A DNA stretch of 64,000 nucleotides from a virus. Of this stretch, positions 48,747 to 57,798 are shown one piece after another. How positions within the stretch are numbered: position 1 is the stretch's first letter; each line of letters starts with the position of its first letter. The stretch is from positions 21,192 through 85,191 of IMG/VR virus record IMGVR_UViG_3300020392_000010. The stretch is one strand, 5' to 3'. A program made the position numbers and the translations under genes. The notes under the pieces are model-generated. The model was not told where the DNA came from. It ran no database searches and saw only the letters and a program-made list of their open reading frames with translations.

Positions 48747-49319
48747 ATGGCAGGCTTACCACATTTTGATAATTCTACAGCAGCTACTAATTATTACGAA
48801 CCAATATTTTTAAATCAGTTCGAAGTAATCATTAACTTACCAAGTACTATTCAAGGTACTAATGATGGATTACTCGTTGAACACGTTACTAAAATAGAAG
48901 GTCTTCCTGAATTAACAGGTGTTGGTACTGTAGAGCAATTTTACAAATTTGCTAGACGTACATTCGCTTCTGGAAAACCAGCAAAAACAGATGCTCAATT
49001 AACAATTAATTTTGAAGTTAACTTAAACGAGGAAAACGATATGTATGTATATAACATGATGAGAGCATGGGGAGATTTAACATTTGATCCACTTAACGGT
49101 AGACAAGGTCTTAAAAAAGACTATATTGGATCAATTAAAGTAGTTATCTTTAATAAAGCTCAAGAAATATTTAGAGAATTTAATTTTAGCCCAGCTTATT
49201 TATATGATCCACTATCAGTAATGAATTTAGAATATAAATCAGAAGGACTTTATCAATTAGCCGCTAAATTTCAATGTGACTCATTTAGAGAAACTAGAAT
49301 AGGAGCAATTGAAGTATAA
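48747..49319 (+). CDS. gp19: Tail tube protein (T4 gp19-like)
   Basis: EPIFLNQFEV, LTINFEVN, MRAWGDL..DPLNG..GLKKDY, LEY; GATAAATA at 48717. Confidence 0.8.
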   Translation: MAGLPHFDNSTAATNYYEPIFLNQFEVIINLPSTIQGTNDGLLVEHVTKIEGLPELTGVGTVEQFYKFARRTFASGKPAKTDAQLTINFEVNLNEENDMYVYNMMRAWGDLTFDPLNGRQGLKKDYIGSIKVVIFNKAQEIFREFNFSPAYLYDPLSVMNLEYKSEGLYQLAAKFQCDSFRETRIGAIEV

Positions 49320-49337
49320 TAAAAACTAAAAACTAAA

Positions 49338-50267
49338 ATGGATATATTTGACGTACATAGAAGAGATGTTTATAATTTTGATCAATATATGGATCTAAAA
49401 AAACCTAGCTTTGGAGGAAACGATTCTTTAATTTACGATAGAGACGATAAAGGTAAAAAAACATCGGAATCCGATAAATTAAAGGAATATAGACGAGTAG
49501 TTAAAAGAGATCCACTTTTTAAAAATCCACATTACAATTCTACTTATAAGGCAATGAGCCATGATTTAGTGTATAAACAAGAAGGAGAAAAGCCAGTAAC
49601 TTATAGAGACCCGTATTTAACCGGTATAGCCACTGTTGAAGTAGGAGAATATGAGCATGAAGAGTCTAATGAATCAGTTTTACCTAACTTTACTAAATTT
49701 ATAAATGAATCTAAAGGATTAGAAGGTTCTACTAAAGCAACAGTTGAAATAGATAGTAAAATTGAGAAAGTAATAAAAGAAGAAAGTGCTAAGCTTGAAA
49801 AATTACAAAAGTCAAGAGAAGAAGCAATAGCAGAAGGAAAGTGCAATAGCTTTGAAGAATTTGATTCTATTTCAGAAGACTGGTTTGATGATGCATACCC
49901 AGAACCGGATGTAGAAACAGAGGAAGAAACAACAACTAGTCCAGATATAGATACTGAAGAAGGTCCTGAAAACCCTCCAAGAAGAAGAATAAATCCTAAT
50001 CCTAAAAATATGGCATCTCTAGATTCTGCAGTTAAGGATTTAATGGATTATATGGGAATATCTAGAGAAGAAGCTGAAAATATATTGGCCATAGACGTAA
50101 TAAACGATATAGAAAATTCTGAAGAAATGGAAGGCGAAGATAACAAAATGGATGATTTAGAAGAAATTATAGCTAAATATGGAGAAGGTCCCGATTGTTA
50201 TAGTGAAGGCCCTGATTGTTACAGCGAAGGTCCGGATTGTTATAGTGAAGGACCCGGATGCGAGTAA
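49338..50267 (+). CDS. Acidic hypothetical protein with C-terminal EGPDCYS repeats
   Basis: 309 aa; internal NFTKFINES and SFEEF motifs. Confidence 0.7.
   Translation: MDIFDVHRRDVYNFDQYMDLKKPSFGGNDSLIYDRDDKGKKTSESDKLKEYRRVVKRDPLFKNPHYNSTYKAMSHDLVYKQEGEKPVTYRDPYLTGIATVEVGEYEHEESNESVLPNFTKFINESKGLEGSTKATVEIDSKIEKVIKEESAKLEKLQKSREEAIAEGKCNSFEEFDSISEDWFDDAYPEPDVETEEETTTSPDIDTEEGPENPPRRRINPNPKNMASLDSAVKDLMDYMGISREEAENILAIDVINDIENSEEMEGEDNKMDDLEEIIAKYGEGPDCYSEGPDCYSEGPDCYSEGPGCE
50184..50267 (+). repeat. 21-nt tandem repeat encoding (EGPDCYS)x3 + EGPGCE
   Basis: gaaggtcccgattgttatagt/gaaggccctgattgttacagc/gaaggtccggattgttatagt/gaaggacccggatgcgag. Confidence 0.95.
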
Positions 50268-50268
50268 T

Positions 50269-50679
50269 TTAATCCAAGAAATGTAATAGCGAATTGTTAA
50301 ACAATTCTTTATCGAAATCTTCCTTAGGATCTATTATATGATATTTAAAATTTACATTTAAATATTCTTTTTCTAAAAATTCAACAGTATTTTGTATGCC
50401 GCTAAAGGTAATCGTAGAATTTAAAAAGATTATTCTATTATATTTTTGATTTTTTATGTTTACAGCTTTATCTAAAAGTTTTTTTATTTCATAATTTAAT
50501 AGAAAAGATTGAACGGGGTTGGGTACTAAAAATTTAGTATTAAACTTATCTTTTATTATTTTATTTACATTTAAAAGATAATCTTCTTTTTGTTTTTTAT
50601 TAAACTTTTTTATGAAAAACTTAAACTCTTTTATAAAAATAATATTTAAACATCTTTTTTCTTCCATTTTATAAATCAC
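50269..50679 (-). CDS. Hypothetical protein
   Basis: 136-aa ORF. Confidence 0.55.
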   Translation of the reverse strand: MIYKMEEKRCLNIIFIKEFKFFIKKFNKKQKEDYLLNVNKIIKDKFNTKFLVPNPVQSFLLNYEIKKLLDKAVNIKNQKYNRIIFLNSTITFSGIQNTVEFLEKEYLNVNFKYHIIDPKEDFDKELFNNSLLHFLD

Positions 50680-51091
50680 TTATTTTTAAGACTTCTATCC
50701 CAGCTGATTTTAATACCTTTATTCCATCTAAGTCTCTATAATCTTCAATGTATATTACTTTTTTAATTCCTGATTGTATTATTAACTTACAACAATCTCT
50801 ACAAGGAGATAATGTAACATATAATGTAGAACCACTAATGTCTTGAGTAGACCTTGCGGTTTTTAAAATTGCATTAGCTTCTGCATGCAAAACATACCAA
50901 TGAGTATTTCCATTAATGTCTTCGCAATCATTTGGAAAACCGGTTGGTGTTCCATTAAATCCATCTGAAATAATAGTATTTCCTTTGACCACTAATGCTC
51001 CTACTTTTTTACGCTTACTCTTAGATAACGTAGACCATACTAGCGCCATTTTTAAGTATGTTATATGATATTGTTTTTCTTTATTTGTCAT
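50669..51091 (-). CDS. dCMP deaminase
   Basis: KVGAL, GFNGTP, HAEANA, TLSPCRDC. Confidence 0.93.
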   Translation of the reverse strand: MTNKEKQYHITYLKMALVWSTLSKSKRKKVGALVVKGNTIISDGFNGTPTGFPNDCEDINGNTHWYVLHAEANAILKTARSTQDISGSTLYVTLSPCRDCCKLIIQSGIKKVIYIEDYRDLDGIKVLKSAGIEVLKISDL

Positions 51092-51284
51092 TGTTTTTCA
51101 TACTTGCTGTAACCAGTATAACTATTTGTAATAAAATAGCGTACATTCCTAAAAAATTTTTAAACGTTAGTTCTCTATTATCAAAAGTAATGTAATATGT
51201 TAAATACCCTAGTAAACATACAATGAGATAAAAAAGTAACATTCCAAAAATATTTTTTAAGATATTTGAAAATTTATCTTTCAT
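51081..51284 (-). CDS. Small two-TM membrane protein
   Basis: 67 aa, hydrophobic. Confidence 0.5.
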   Translation of the reverse strand: MKDKFSNILKNIFGMLLFYLIVCLLGYLTYYITFDNRELTFKNFLGMYAILLQIVILVTASMKNNDK

Positions 51285-52189
51285 ATTAAATGTTTGAATA
51301 AGTTATAGTATATAAAAGATAACATATCGTTATCTTTAAATTCGTTTACCCTATTCATTATTTTATAAGAATCTTTTAAACCGGTTTCTATGTCATACTC
51401 AATATTTTGTAATTCAACAGACGGTTTTGAATCTACGCTAATTAGTTGATTTTTTAAAACTGGCATTTCATAAGGGGTAAATTCATTTTTTAACATTTCA
51501 TTTAATCTATCATATTCAGTACTATACACGTGCATTGAATCAACTACATGAGAATAAGTTCCTAATTCTAAATTTGGATACACTTCTTTCAAATGCATTA
51601 ACATTTGTTGTTGTAAAACTGTAAAAAAAGCTACGTCTGTAGGTAACCCTAGTATTACATCATTGCTTCTCATTTTTACAGACATTCTAAGTTTATTATT
51701 TCTTATTAAAAAATTTGCATACATAGTACATACAAAGTCTTTATTATCAAAAGACTGATGTTTAGGTAAATTAAAGTGCATAACAGCTTGTCTAGTGTCT
51801 TTATCTTTTATTAAAGATTGTAGGGCCCATTCGTATTCTGTTAAATTATAATCATTTTTATTGTTAAACAATAAGTTTCCATATGAAGAATTAACTGTTC
51901 CATCGGGATTAGCTATTTTTTCCCAAAATTTAGCGTATTTACTAATAAATTTAACATCATTTCTCCCTAAGAAATACCACATAAACTCGGCTGCTATGTA
52001 TTTACTTTGAGAAGACCTTATTTTATTTTTATATAAGCTAGAAATTGGGTTTTTTATTTCTAAACATACATCTACTATTTCTTTAGTAGAATTTGACCGA
52101 GGGTTACTTTCTTGACCTGCTTTTCCCATTAAATCAGTTAACATGTCCTTATATACCTCTGCAAAAGTGTCTTTTGAATAAACTTTCAT
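51281..52189 (-). CDS. Thymidylate-synthase-family enzyme, dCMP hydroxymethylase (gp42)-like
   Basis: AEFMWY, VNSSYG, DTRQA, KDFVCT (catalytic Cys), MRSNDVILGLPTD, SMHVY. Confidence 0.8.
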   Translation of the reverse strand: MKVYSKDTFAEVYKDMLTDLMGKAGQESNPRSNSTKEIVDVCLEIKNPISSLYKNKIRSSQSKYIAAEFMWYFLGRNDVKFISKYAKFWEKIANPDGTVNSSYGNLLFNNKNDYNLTEYEWALQSLIKDKDTRQAVMHFNLPKHQSFDNKDFVCTMYANFLIRNNKLRMSVKMRSNDVILGLPTDVAFFTVLQQQMLMHLKEVYPNLELGTYSHVVDSMHVYSTEYDRLNEMLKNEFTPYEMPVLKNQLISVDSKPSVELQNIEYDIETGLKDSYKIMNRVNEFKDNDMLSFIYYNLFKHLI

Positions 52190-52195
52190 AAAATA

Positions 52196-52221
52196 TTATA
52201 CAATAAATGATTAATAGGTTT
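52196..52221 (-). promoter_or_regulatory. AAAC-N16-GTATAA promoter-like motif
   Basis: Exact spacing; ends 6 nt before the 52189 start. Confidence 0.6.
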
Positions 52222-52224
52222 TAA

Positions 52225-53901
52225 TTAACACTCTGTAGCTGAAGTAATAGTCATTTCTGAAAAAAAGTTAGCCTTTTCTATGCTTATTTTTTTATGAAAA
52301 AGCTCTTCAGGTAAAGGATCGTGTGAAATTACAAAAACAGTAAGCCCATGCTCTTTAGAAAAGTCTTTTAGTATTTCGATTGTCTTGTATATGCTATCTT
52401 TATCTAAAGAACTAAAAATTTCATCTAAAAATAGAACATTTATTTGATGATTCTTCATTTTTATTAATTCTAACATAGCCAATAGCACTATTAAGTTCAT
52501 TTTCTTCTGTTCTCCAGTAGAAAGGCTATCTGGGGCTATTTGTTCACCTAAATGTGAAATAATAGGGTTAAATTGACTATCGAATTCAAAACTAAACTTA
52601 AAATCTAACTTTTTGCTTATAGTTAGTATTTTTGAATTTAAAATAGGCATTACTTTGTCCATCAACCGCTGTTTTACGCCCGATTCTGATAAAAAATCTA
52701 GCATATCAGTAAATATTTCGTGCTTCTTAGTGGTTTTTTCTAATTTTTCTGTAGAACTAGCTATTTTACCCTGTATATTAGATATAATATTGTTTAAAGC
52801 AGTTGTTTGTTTGCTATTGTCTTTTATTTTTAAGGATTCTATTGCTTCTTGAAGATTTATTATATCTAATTCTATCTTAGAAACCTCTTTTCTATTAGAA
52901 TCATAACTATCTACTATTTTTTGCTTACTAGACTCTAAATTTTCTATGTTTTTTTGTAAAATAGGTGTTTTTTTAGTAAAAGTACGCTGTTTTTCAATAA
53001 TAGCTTCTTTTATTTTACTATGTTTATCATCTGTTAAGTCGCTTAAGCAATGTGGACATTTATTAAGTTCGTATATTTCTAATTTTTTTGATATTTCAGA
53101 CAGAGCTGCTTTGTTTTTACTTAAAGTAGAGCTAGCATTGCTTAATTTAGAGTTTATTTCTGCTACTTCCTGTTTTAATTCTATTGAAATTTTATTGTAT
53201 TTACTAAGATCAATGTTTTTAGAGTCTACTTGTTTTGATTTAGAAGATATTTCAGTAGTTTTTTCTTCAGTTATGCTATTTTTTAATAATTCTAATTGTT
53301 CTTTAGATTTATTTAAAGTTTCATTACTGCTTTCTATGTCAGATTCAAGAAAAAGTATGTTTGACTTATTATCTTTAGAGTCTTCCTTTACTTGATTAGA
53401 CATATCTGATAAAATATCTGTTCCAAATATTCTATCTATTATTTTTCTTTTATCAGTAGGTGTTAATTTTATAAAAGATTTAAAATCTTCAAATGAAAGG
53501 CTTATTGTATTTGAAAAAACAGAAAATGGAAAATCTATTAATTCATCTTCTACAAAAGAATCTACTTTACGTTTGTCGGGTAAATTATGAGCAGAATCGT
53601 CTATTGTTAAGTTAGTATAATTTGGGTCTATTCCTCTTTCTAAGCGTATAGAACTCCCAGATGAAGATAAAAAGTCAACACAAGTATAAGCATTTTTATT
53701 AATCCTATTAGGTATATCCTTTGTTTTTCTAACCGCTGATTTTCCATACAAAGAAATAGTAAGTGCTTCTTTTATAGAAGACTTTCCGCTTCCATTTTTA
53801 CCCTCAACAAGTATTAATTCTGGGGTATCTGAAAAAGTAAATTCTTGTAATTTATTTCCATATGAACATATATTTCTCCAAGCTATCTTTAATAATTTCA
53901 T
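52225..53901 (-). CDS. gp46: Recombination nuclease ATPase subunit (gp46/SbcC/Rad50-like)
   Basis: GKNGSGKS, CPHC hook, LSTGEQ signature, LFLDEIF, ISH. Confidence 0.93.
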   Translation of the reverse strand: MKLLKIAWRNICSYGNKLQEFTFSDTPELILVEGKNGSGKSSIKEALTISLYGKSAVRKTKDIPNRINKNAYTCVDFLSSSGSSIRLERGIDPNYTNLTIDDSAHNLPDKRKVDSFVEDELIDFPFSVFSNTISLSFEDFKSFIKLTPTDKRKIIDRIFGTDILSDMSNQVKEDSKDNKSNILFLESDIESSNETLNKSKEQLELLKNSITEEKTTEISSKSKQVDSKNIDLSKYNKISIELKQEVAEINSKLSNASSTLSKNKAALSEISKKLEIYELNKCPHCLSDLTDDKHSKIKEAIIEKQRTFTKKTPILQKNIENLESSKQKIVDSYDSNRKEVSKIELDIINLQEAIESLKIKDNSKQTTALNNIISNIQGKIASSTEKLEKTTKKHEIFTDMLDFLSESGVKQRLMDKVMPILNSKILTISKKLDFKFSFEFDSQFNPIISHLGEQIAPDSLSTGEQKKMNLIVLLAMLELIKMKNHQINVLFLDEIFSSLDKDSIYKTIEILKDFSKEHGLTVFVISHDPLPEELFHKKISIEKANFFSEMTITSATEC

Positions 53902-53904
53902 ATT

Positions 53905-54273
53905 TTATTTTCTTTTACCTCCATGATATTCTACTGCGTGTCCTTCGTTTATCATCATTTGATTTGCGCTTAATGTCCATGAAGAATCTTCAAATAATAT
54001 TTCGCCTAAGCATCTTCCAAATTTTCCTACCCCATGTGATTTTAAAATAAATATAGAATTATGACTTTTTAAAAGATTTTGTAAATACTTAGTTGCTGCT
54101 TTTCCTTTTTTTTTCTCTTCCTTATCTCTTGTTCTTGATTCAGGGGCATTTATTCCCATCATTCTTATTCTGACCTTTTTCCAAGTATCAAAACCTAGAT
54201 CAACTAATGCGTCTACAGTATCTCCATCTACTACTCTATCTAATTTAGCCCTATAATTATAAAGATTACTCAT
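53905..54273 (-). CDS. Thermonuclease (SNase-like)
   Basis: RVVDGDT, RIRMMGINAPE, GKFGRCL, NQMMINEGHA. Confidence 0.88.
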   Translation of the reverse strand: MSNLYNYRAKLDRVVDGDTVDALVDLGFDTWKKVRIRMMGINAPESRTRDKEEKKKGKAATKYLQNLLKSHNSIFILKSHGVGKFGRCLGEILFEDSSWTLSANQMMINEGHAVEYHGGKRK

Positions 54274-55396
54274 AGCTTTTTTCTTTGTTTTTTACTTTAT
54301 CGTTTAATTTTTTAAAATACATTTTCATAGTATTATTATAAGACTCAGGGTATTCTCTTTCAGATAAACAAGTTAGAAATATGTCATATATGTCGTAATC
54401 TTTAATTTCATCTATTGTTTTATCTTCTATTTCAGAGCTTTCTTTTATTTCAGGATTATATGTAAAAAATTCTATTTTTTTATAATTAAAAGATTCTATA
54501 ATTTCCATAAACCGAGTAACGGGGAAAACAGATGCTTTATCTATTTTCATCATAACATCTACATAATTGTTACTAAACATTTTTTTGATTTCATCTAATT
54601 TCATTTCTAACAAATCAAAAGAGTCTACTTTTATAAATTTAGGAGAAAACTTATTTTCTTCAAAAGTTTCTATTATTTTACCATTTTCTACTAAGTCTAT
54701 TATATGATACCCTTTAGGATTGCCCCTATCTCCCCTATCTAGTTCAAAAGGTGTTCCAGTGTATAATACGTTTTCGTTTTCCTGGTGAATATGGATATGC
54801 CCTGAAAAAACCCTAGAAAAATTACTTAATAACTTAGTGTCTAATCCATTATGTAATTTTACCCATTTATTTAATTTGAAATTTTTTATATCAGCATGAC
54901 ATATTATATAATCGGCCTTTCCTATGTAAGATGTTACTTCTTTAGTTATTTTAGCCTCATCTTCAATCCAAGGTAACATTAAAAAATTATGTATAGAGTT
55001 AAGGCTTAATATTTCCGGTTTTTCAAAAACGTGAACATTAGGAAATATTTTTTCAATACCTTTTAATGAATGTATACTATTATTATCTTTGTAATAAACA
55101 TCGTGATTTCCTAATATTATATAAATTCCTCTTTTAAATTTTTTAGAAAGACAGTTTAATATTTCTAAAGAATCATTCCAAATTCTATTATTAGTATGTT
55201 CCCTATTATGAAACCAGTCTCCTTCTTGAATTAAAATATCAGTATTTTCGTTAAAACCATGCTTATCAATTTCATTTAAAAAATGATCTATTAAAAAGGA
55301 TTTTTGAGAATTAGCCCATTCTATAGAATTATTTCTTATGCCTAAGTGTAAATCTCCTAATAAAAATATTTTATTTACTTTTTCTAAAGATACCAT
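54266..55396 (-). CDS. gp47: Recombination nuclease subunit (gp47/SbcD/Mre11-like)
   Basis: GDLHLG, GDWFH, GNHD, SGHIH, YTGTP. Confidence 0.92.
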   Translation of the reverse strand: MVSLEKVNKIFLLGDLHLGIRNNSIEWANSQKSFLIDHFLNEIDKHGFNENTDILIQEGDWFHNREHTNNRIWNDSLEILNCLSKKFKRGIYIILGNHDVYYKDNNSIHSLKGIEKIFPNVHVFEKPEILSLNSIHNFLMLPWIEDEAKITKEVTSYIGKADYIICHADIKNFKLNKWVKLHNGLDTKLLSNFSRVFSGHIHIHQENENVLYTGTPFELDRGDRGNPKGYHIIDLVENGKIIETFEENKFSPKFIKVDSFDLLEMKLDEIKKMFSNNYVDVMMKIDKASVFPVTRFMEIIESFNYKKIEFFTYNPEIKESSEIEDKTIDEIKDYDIYDIFLTCLSEREYPESYNNTMKMYFKKLNDKVKNKEKSYE

Positions 55397-55930
55397 TTAA
55401 AACATTTTATTATTCTTATTCATTTTCCAATCTAGGAATTTATATTTTTTATTAAGCTCAGACAACAGGGTTTCTTTATGAGAATATTCTAAAAAATCAA
55501 ATATTTTTTTATAATCCATTGCTGTAATATTAGATATGGCTTCTAATATGTATATTGGATTAGAAAAAGTTTCAAACTCTTTTTTATTATCTAATAATGA
55601 ATTAACTTTTTCAAAAATAAAATTTATTTCATCTTTATTAAACTTATTTCTAGTGCCTTCTTTTTCTGTTATCATTTGAGATAATTCATGATCTAAATTT
55701 ATTATCTTAAATATATGATCTAAAAAAATTTTATATTCTACATTGTTTTCATAATCATATAAATCATTTAAATAGCTTTTAGAATAACTAGACTCAACTT
55801 GTATGTTTCTATTATATTCATACTCATCTGGATCCTTTAACCCGTCACCCTGGTTATATCTATTATTAAAGATTTTATCTTCTCTTTTATCTATTTGTTT
55901 TGATTTTTCTGATTTTGATGCATCTTTCAT
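55397..55930 (-). CDS. Hypothetical protein
   Basis: 177-aa ORF in the replication operon. Confidence 0.6.
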   Translation of the reverse strand: MKDASKSEKSKQIDKREDKIFNNRYNQGDGLKDPDEYEYNRNIQVESSYSKSYLNDLYDYENNVEYKIFLDHIFKIINLDHELSQMITEKEGTRNKFNKDEINFIFEKVNSLLDNKKEFETFSNPIYILEAISNITAMDYKKIFDFLEYSHKETLLSELNKKYKFLDWKMNKNNKMF

Positions 55931-55948
55931 TTTTTAAATTAATATTTT

Positions 55949-57451
55949 TTATATCTGATTCAAGAGGTCGCTATAGTCGTCTTTTTGAACGTCAATTGTT
56001 TGATTGTTACTATTTAATCCAAAATTTTCACTAGGACTTATGTTTTTATAAGAATCTCTAAGCTCTGATTCCATATTTCCTGCCTCATCGTCGTCGCTAT
56101 AATATTCACTATTTTCTCCTACTGATTCGTCTAACCTCATGTAATCTTTTTTCATATCATAAAATTTATAGCTTTCTTCATATCCGTTGTCTCTATTTGC
56201 TATAAGTTTTATTTTCATTCTTTGCTCTAAAGGACCTCTCATTAACCCATACAAAGCATCTACTGTGTGAATTAAGCCAAATGATTCTGCTACTGAATCC
56301 ATTCCTAAGTCAAAATCATCTATTGCATCTCTCTTGATTTGAGTAGCAGTTATTATGCACCATTTATTTCTCATGGCAACACCTCTTAGTTCTTCAGATA
56401 TTACTTTTATTTTTTCATATAGTCCGCCCTGTTCGGTTATAGGTCTCATTAAGTTTATGTAATCAACAACTATTACAGAAAACTTTTTATTCATTTCTTT
56501 TTCTTGTCTAATAAAATAATTTTCTATATCAATAGCAGTTGCTCCGCCAGTTGCAAATTCTTTTATTAGTAATTCGCCATATTTTTTCCCAGAAGCTTCT
56601 AATTCTTTTAATTTATCTTGAACCATTGACATAGCGGTTTCATTTGTAAACCCGTCATATTTAATAGTTTCAATACCTAGAATATTTGAACCTAGTCTTT
56701 TCATATATTTACCTTCAGATAACTCAACCGTAACAACACCTGTGTTATTTCCTGCTAAAAACGAACGGGTCGCTATATTTCCAAGGACTATTGATTTTCC
56801 TACTTTAGGCCTACCTTGAAAAACTATTAAAGACTTAGCATTCCATCCTCCGCCTTGGGTTTTATCAAAAAATTTAAAACCAGACGGGCATCCTTCTTTA
56901 GAGATTTGAATATGGTGCATGGGATTTAAAAAATTAAGCCCCGATTTACCATTTTCAAAATTAATAGATAATTTGTCATTCATTTTATTTCTAACACCTT
57001 CAATAACTTGTTCTATATTATCAGGATTTACGTTTGTTGTTTTTAAAGTAGTTAACATATCTATTAATAGTATGTTAAATCCTCTTAATAAAACAAAAGC
57101 TTTTACGTATTTGTATAAAAAGCTATAATTATGTTCTGATAAGTTGTAGTTATAAATTTCATCTAAAACAAGTTGATCTATGTCTTCATTTTTAACTCCT
57201 AAAAATAAGCTTAGCTCTTTTTTACTAGGTATTTTACCATGGTCTCTATAATATAGAGTTGCGTATTTCCAAGTAATTTGCAAATCTTCATTAGAAAAAT
57301 ATTTAGATTTGATTTTAGACATTAAATCTTTTTTATCTAAATATTCCTCGGTGTTAGAAGGTTTTAATAAATCTTCATCTGCTGTTGGGTTTAAAACAAA
57401 ATTCCAAACCATTTTTTCTAAAAGTTCAATATTTTCTATAAAGTCTATCAT
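55949..57451 (-). CDS. gp41: Replicative DnaB-type helicase (T4 gp41-like)
   Basis: GRPKVGKS, TVELSE, VVDYINLM, SEELRG, TATQ, AESFGL. Confidence 0.92.
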   Translation of the reverse strand: MIDFIENIELLEKMVWNFVLNPTADEDLLKPSNTEEYLDKKDLMSKIKSKYFSNEDLQITWKYATLYYRDHGKIPSKKELSLFLGVKNEDIDQLVLDEIYNYNLSEHNYSFLYKYVKAFVLLRGFNILLIDMLTTLKTTNVNPDNIEQVIEGVRNKMNDKLSINFENGKSGLNFLNPMHHIQISKEGCPSGFKFFDKTQGGGWNAKSLIVFQGRPKVGKSIVLGNIATRSFLAGNNTGVVTVELSEGKYMKRLGSNILGIETIKYDGFTNETAMSMVQDKLKELEASGKKYGELLIKEFATGGATAIDIENYFIRQEKEMNKKFSVIVVDYINLMRPITEQGGLYEKIKVISEELRGVAMRNKWCIITATQIKRDAIDDFDLGMDSVAESFGLIHTVDALYGLMRGPLEQRMKIKLIANRDNGYEESYKFYDMKKDYMRLDESVGENSEYYSDDDEAGNMESELRDSYKNISPSENFGLNSNNQTIDVQKDDYSDLLNQI

Positions 57452-57798
57452 GCTTTGTATTTTTCAGTTATATTGTAAAATTTAGAAATACCTTTTTCAG
57501 ATATATGAAAAGTTTTAGATTTAACATCTATATTTTTTTCTTCTATTAACTCTTTAATCATTGATATTATACTATCTTTTTCCTCTTCGGATTCGAATCT
57601 TTCTCCAAAAATATACTTTAGTGTTTTAGAAGAAAATTTTAAATTTTTATAATTTATTTTTTTATCCTTTCCTTCTATGTTATTAGTTATTATATAGTTT
57701 ATTATTTCAAATAAAATAGAATCTTTACTTATTAAGTTATTATTCAAGTGCATATTTAAATAATACTTTAATTGTAAATCATTTTTTAACTTAATCAT
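57448..57798 (-). CDS. Hypothetical protein between uvsX and helicase
   Basis: 116-aa ORF with overlapping start/stop junctions. Confidence 0.6.
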   Translation of the reverse strand: MIKLKNDLQLKYYLNMHLNNNLISKDSILFEIINYIITNNIEGKDKKINYKNLKFSSKTLKYIFGERFESEEEKDSIISMIKELIEEKNIDVKSKTFHISEKGISKFYNITEKYKA

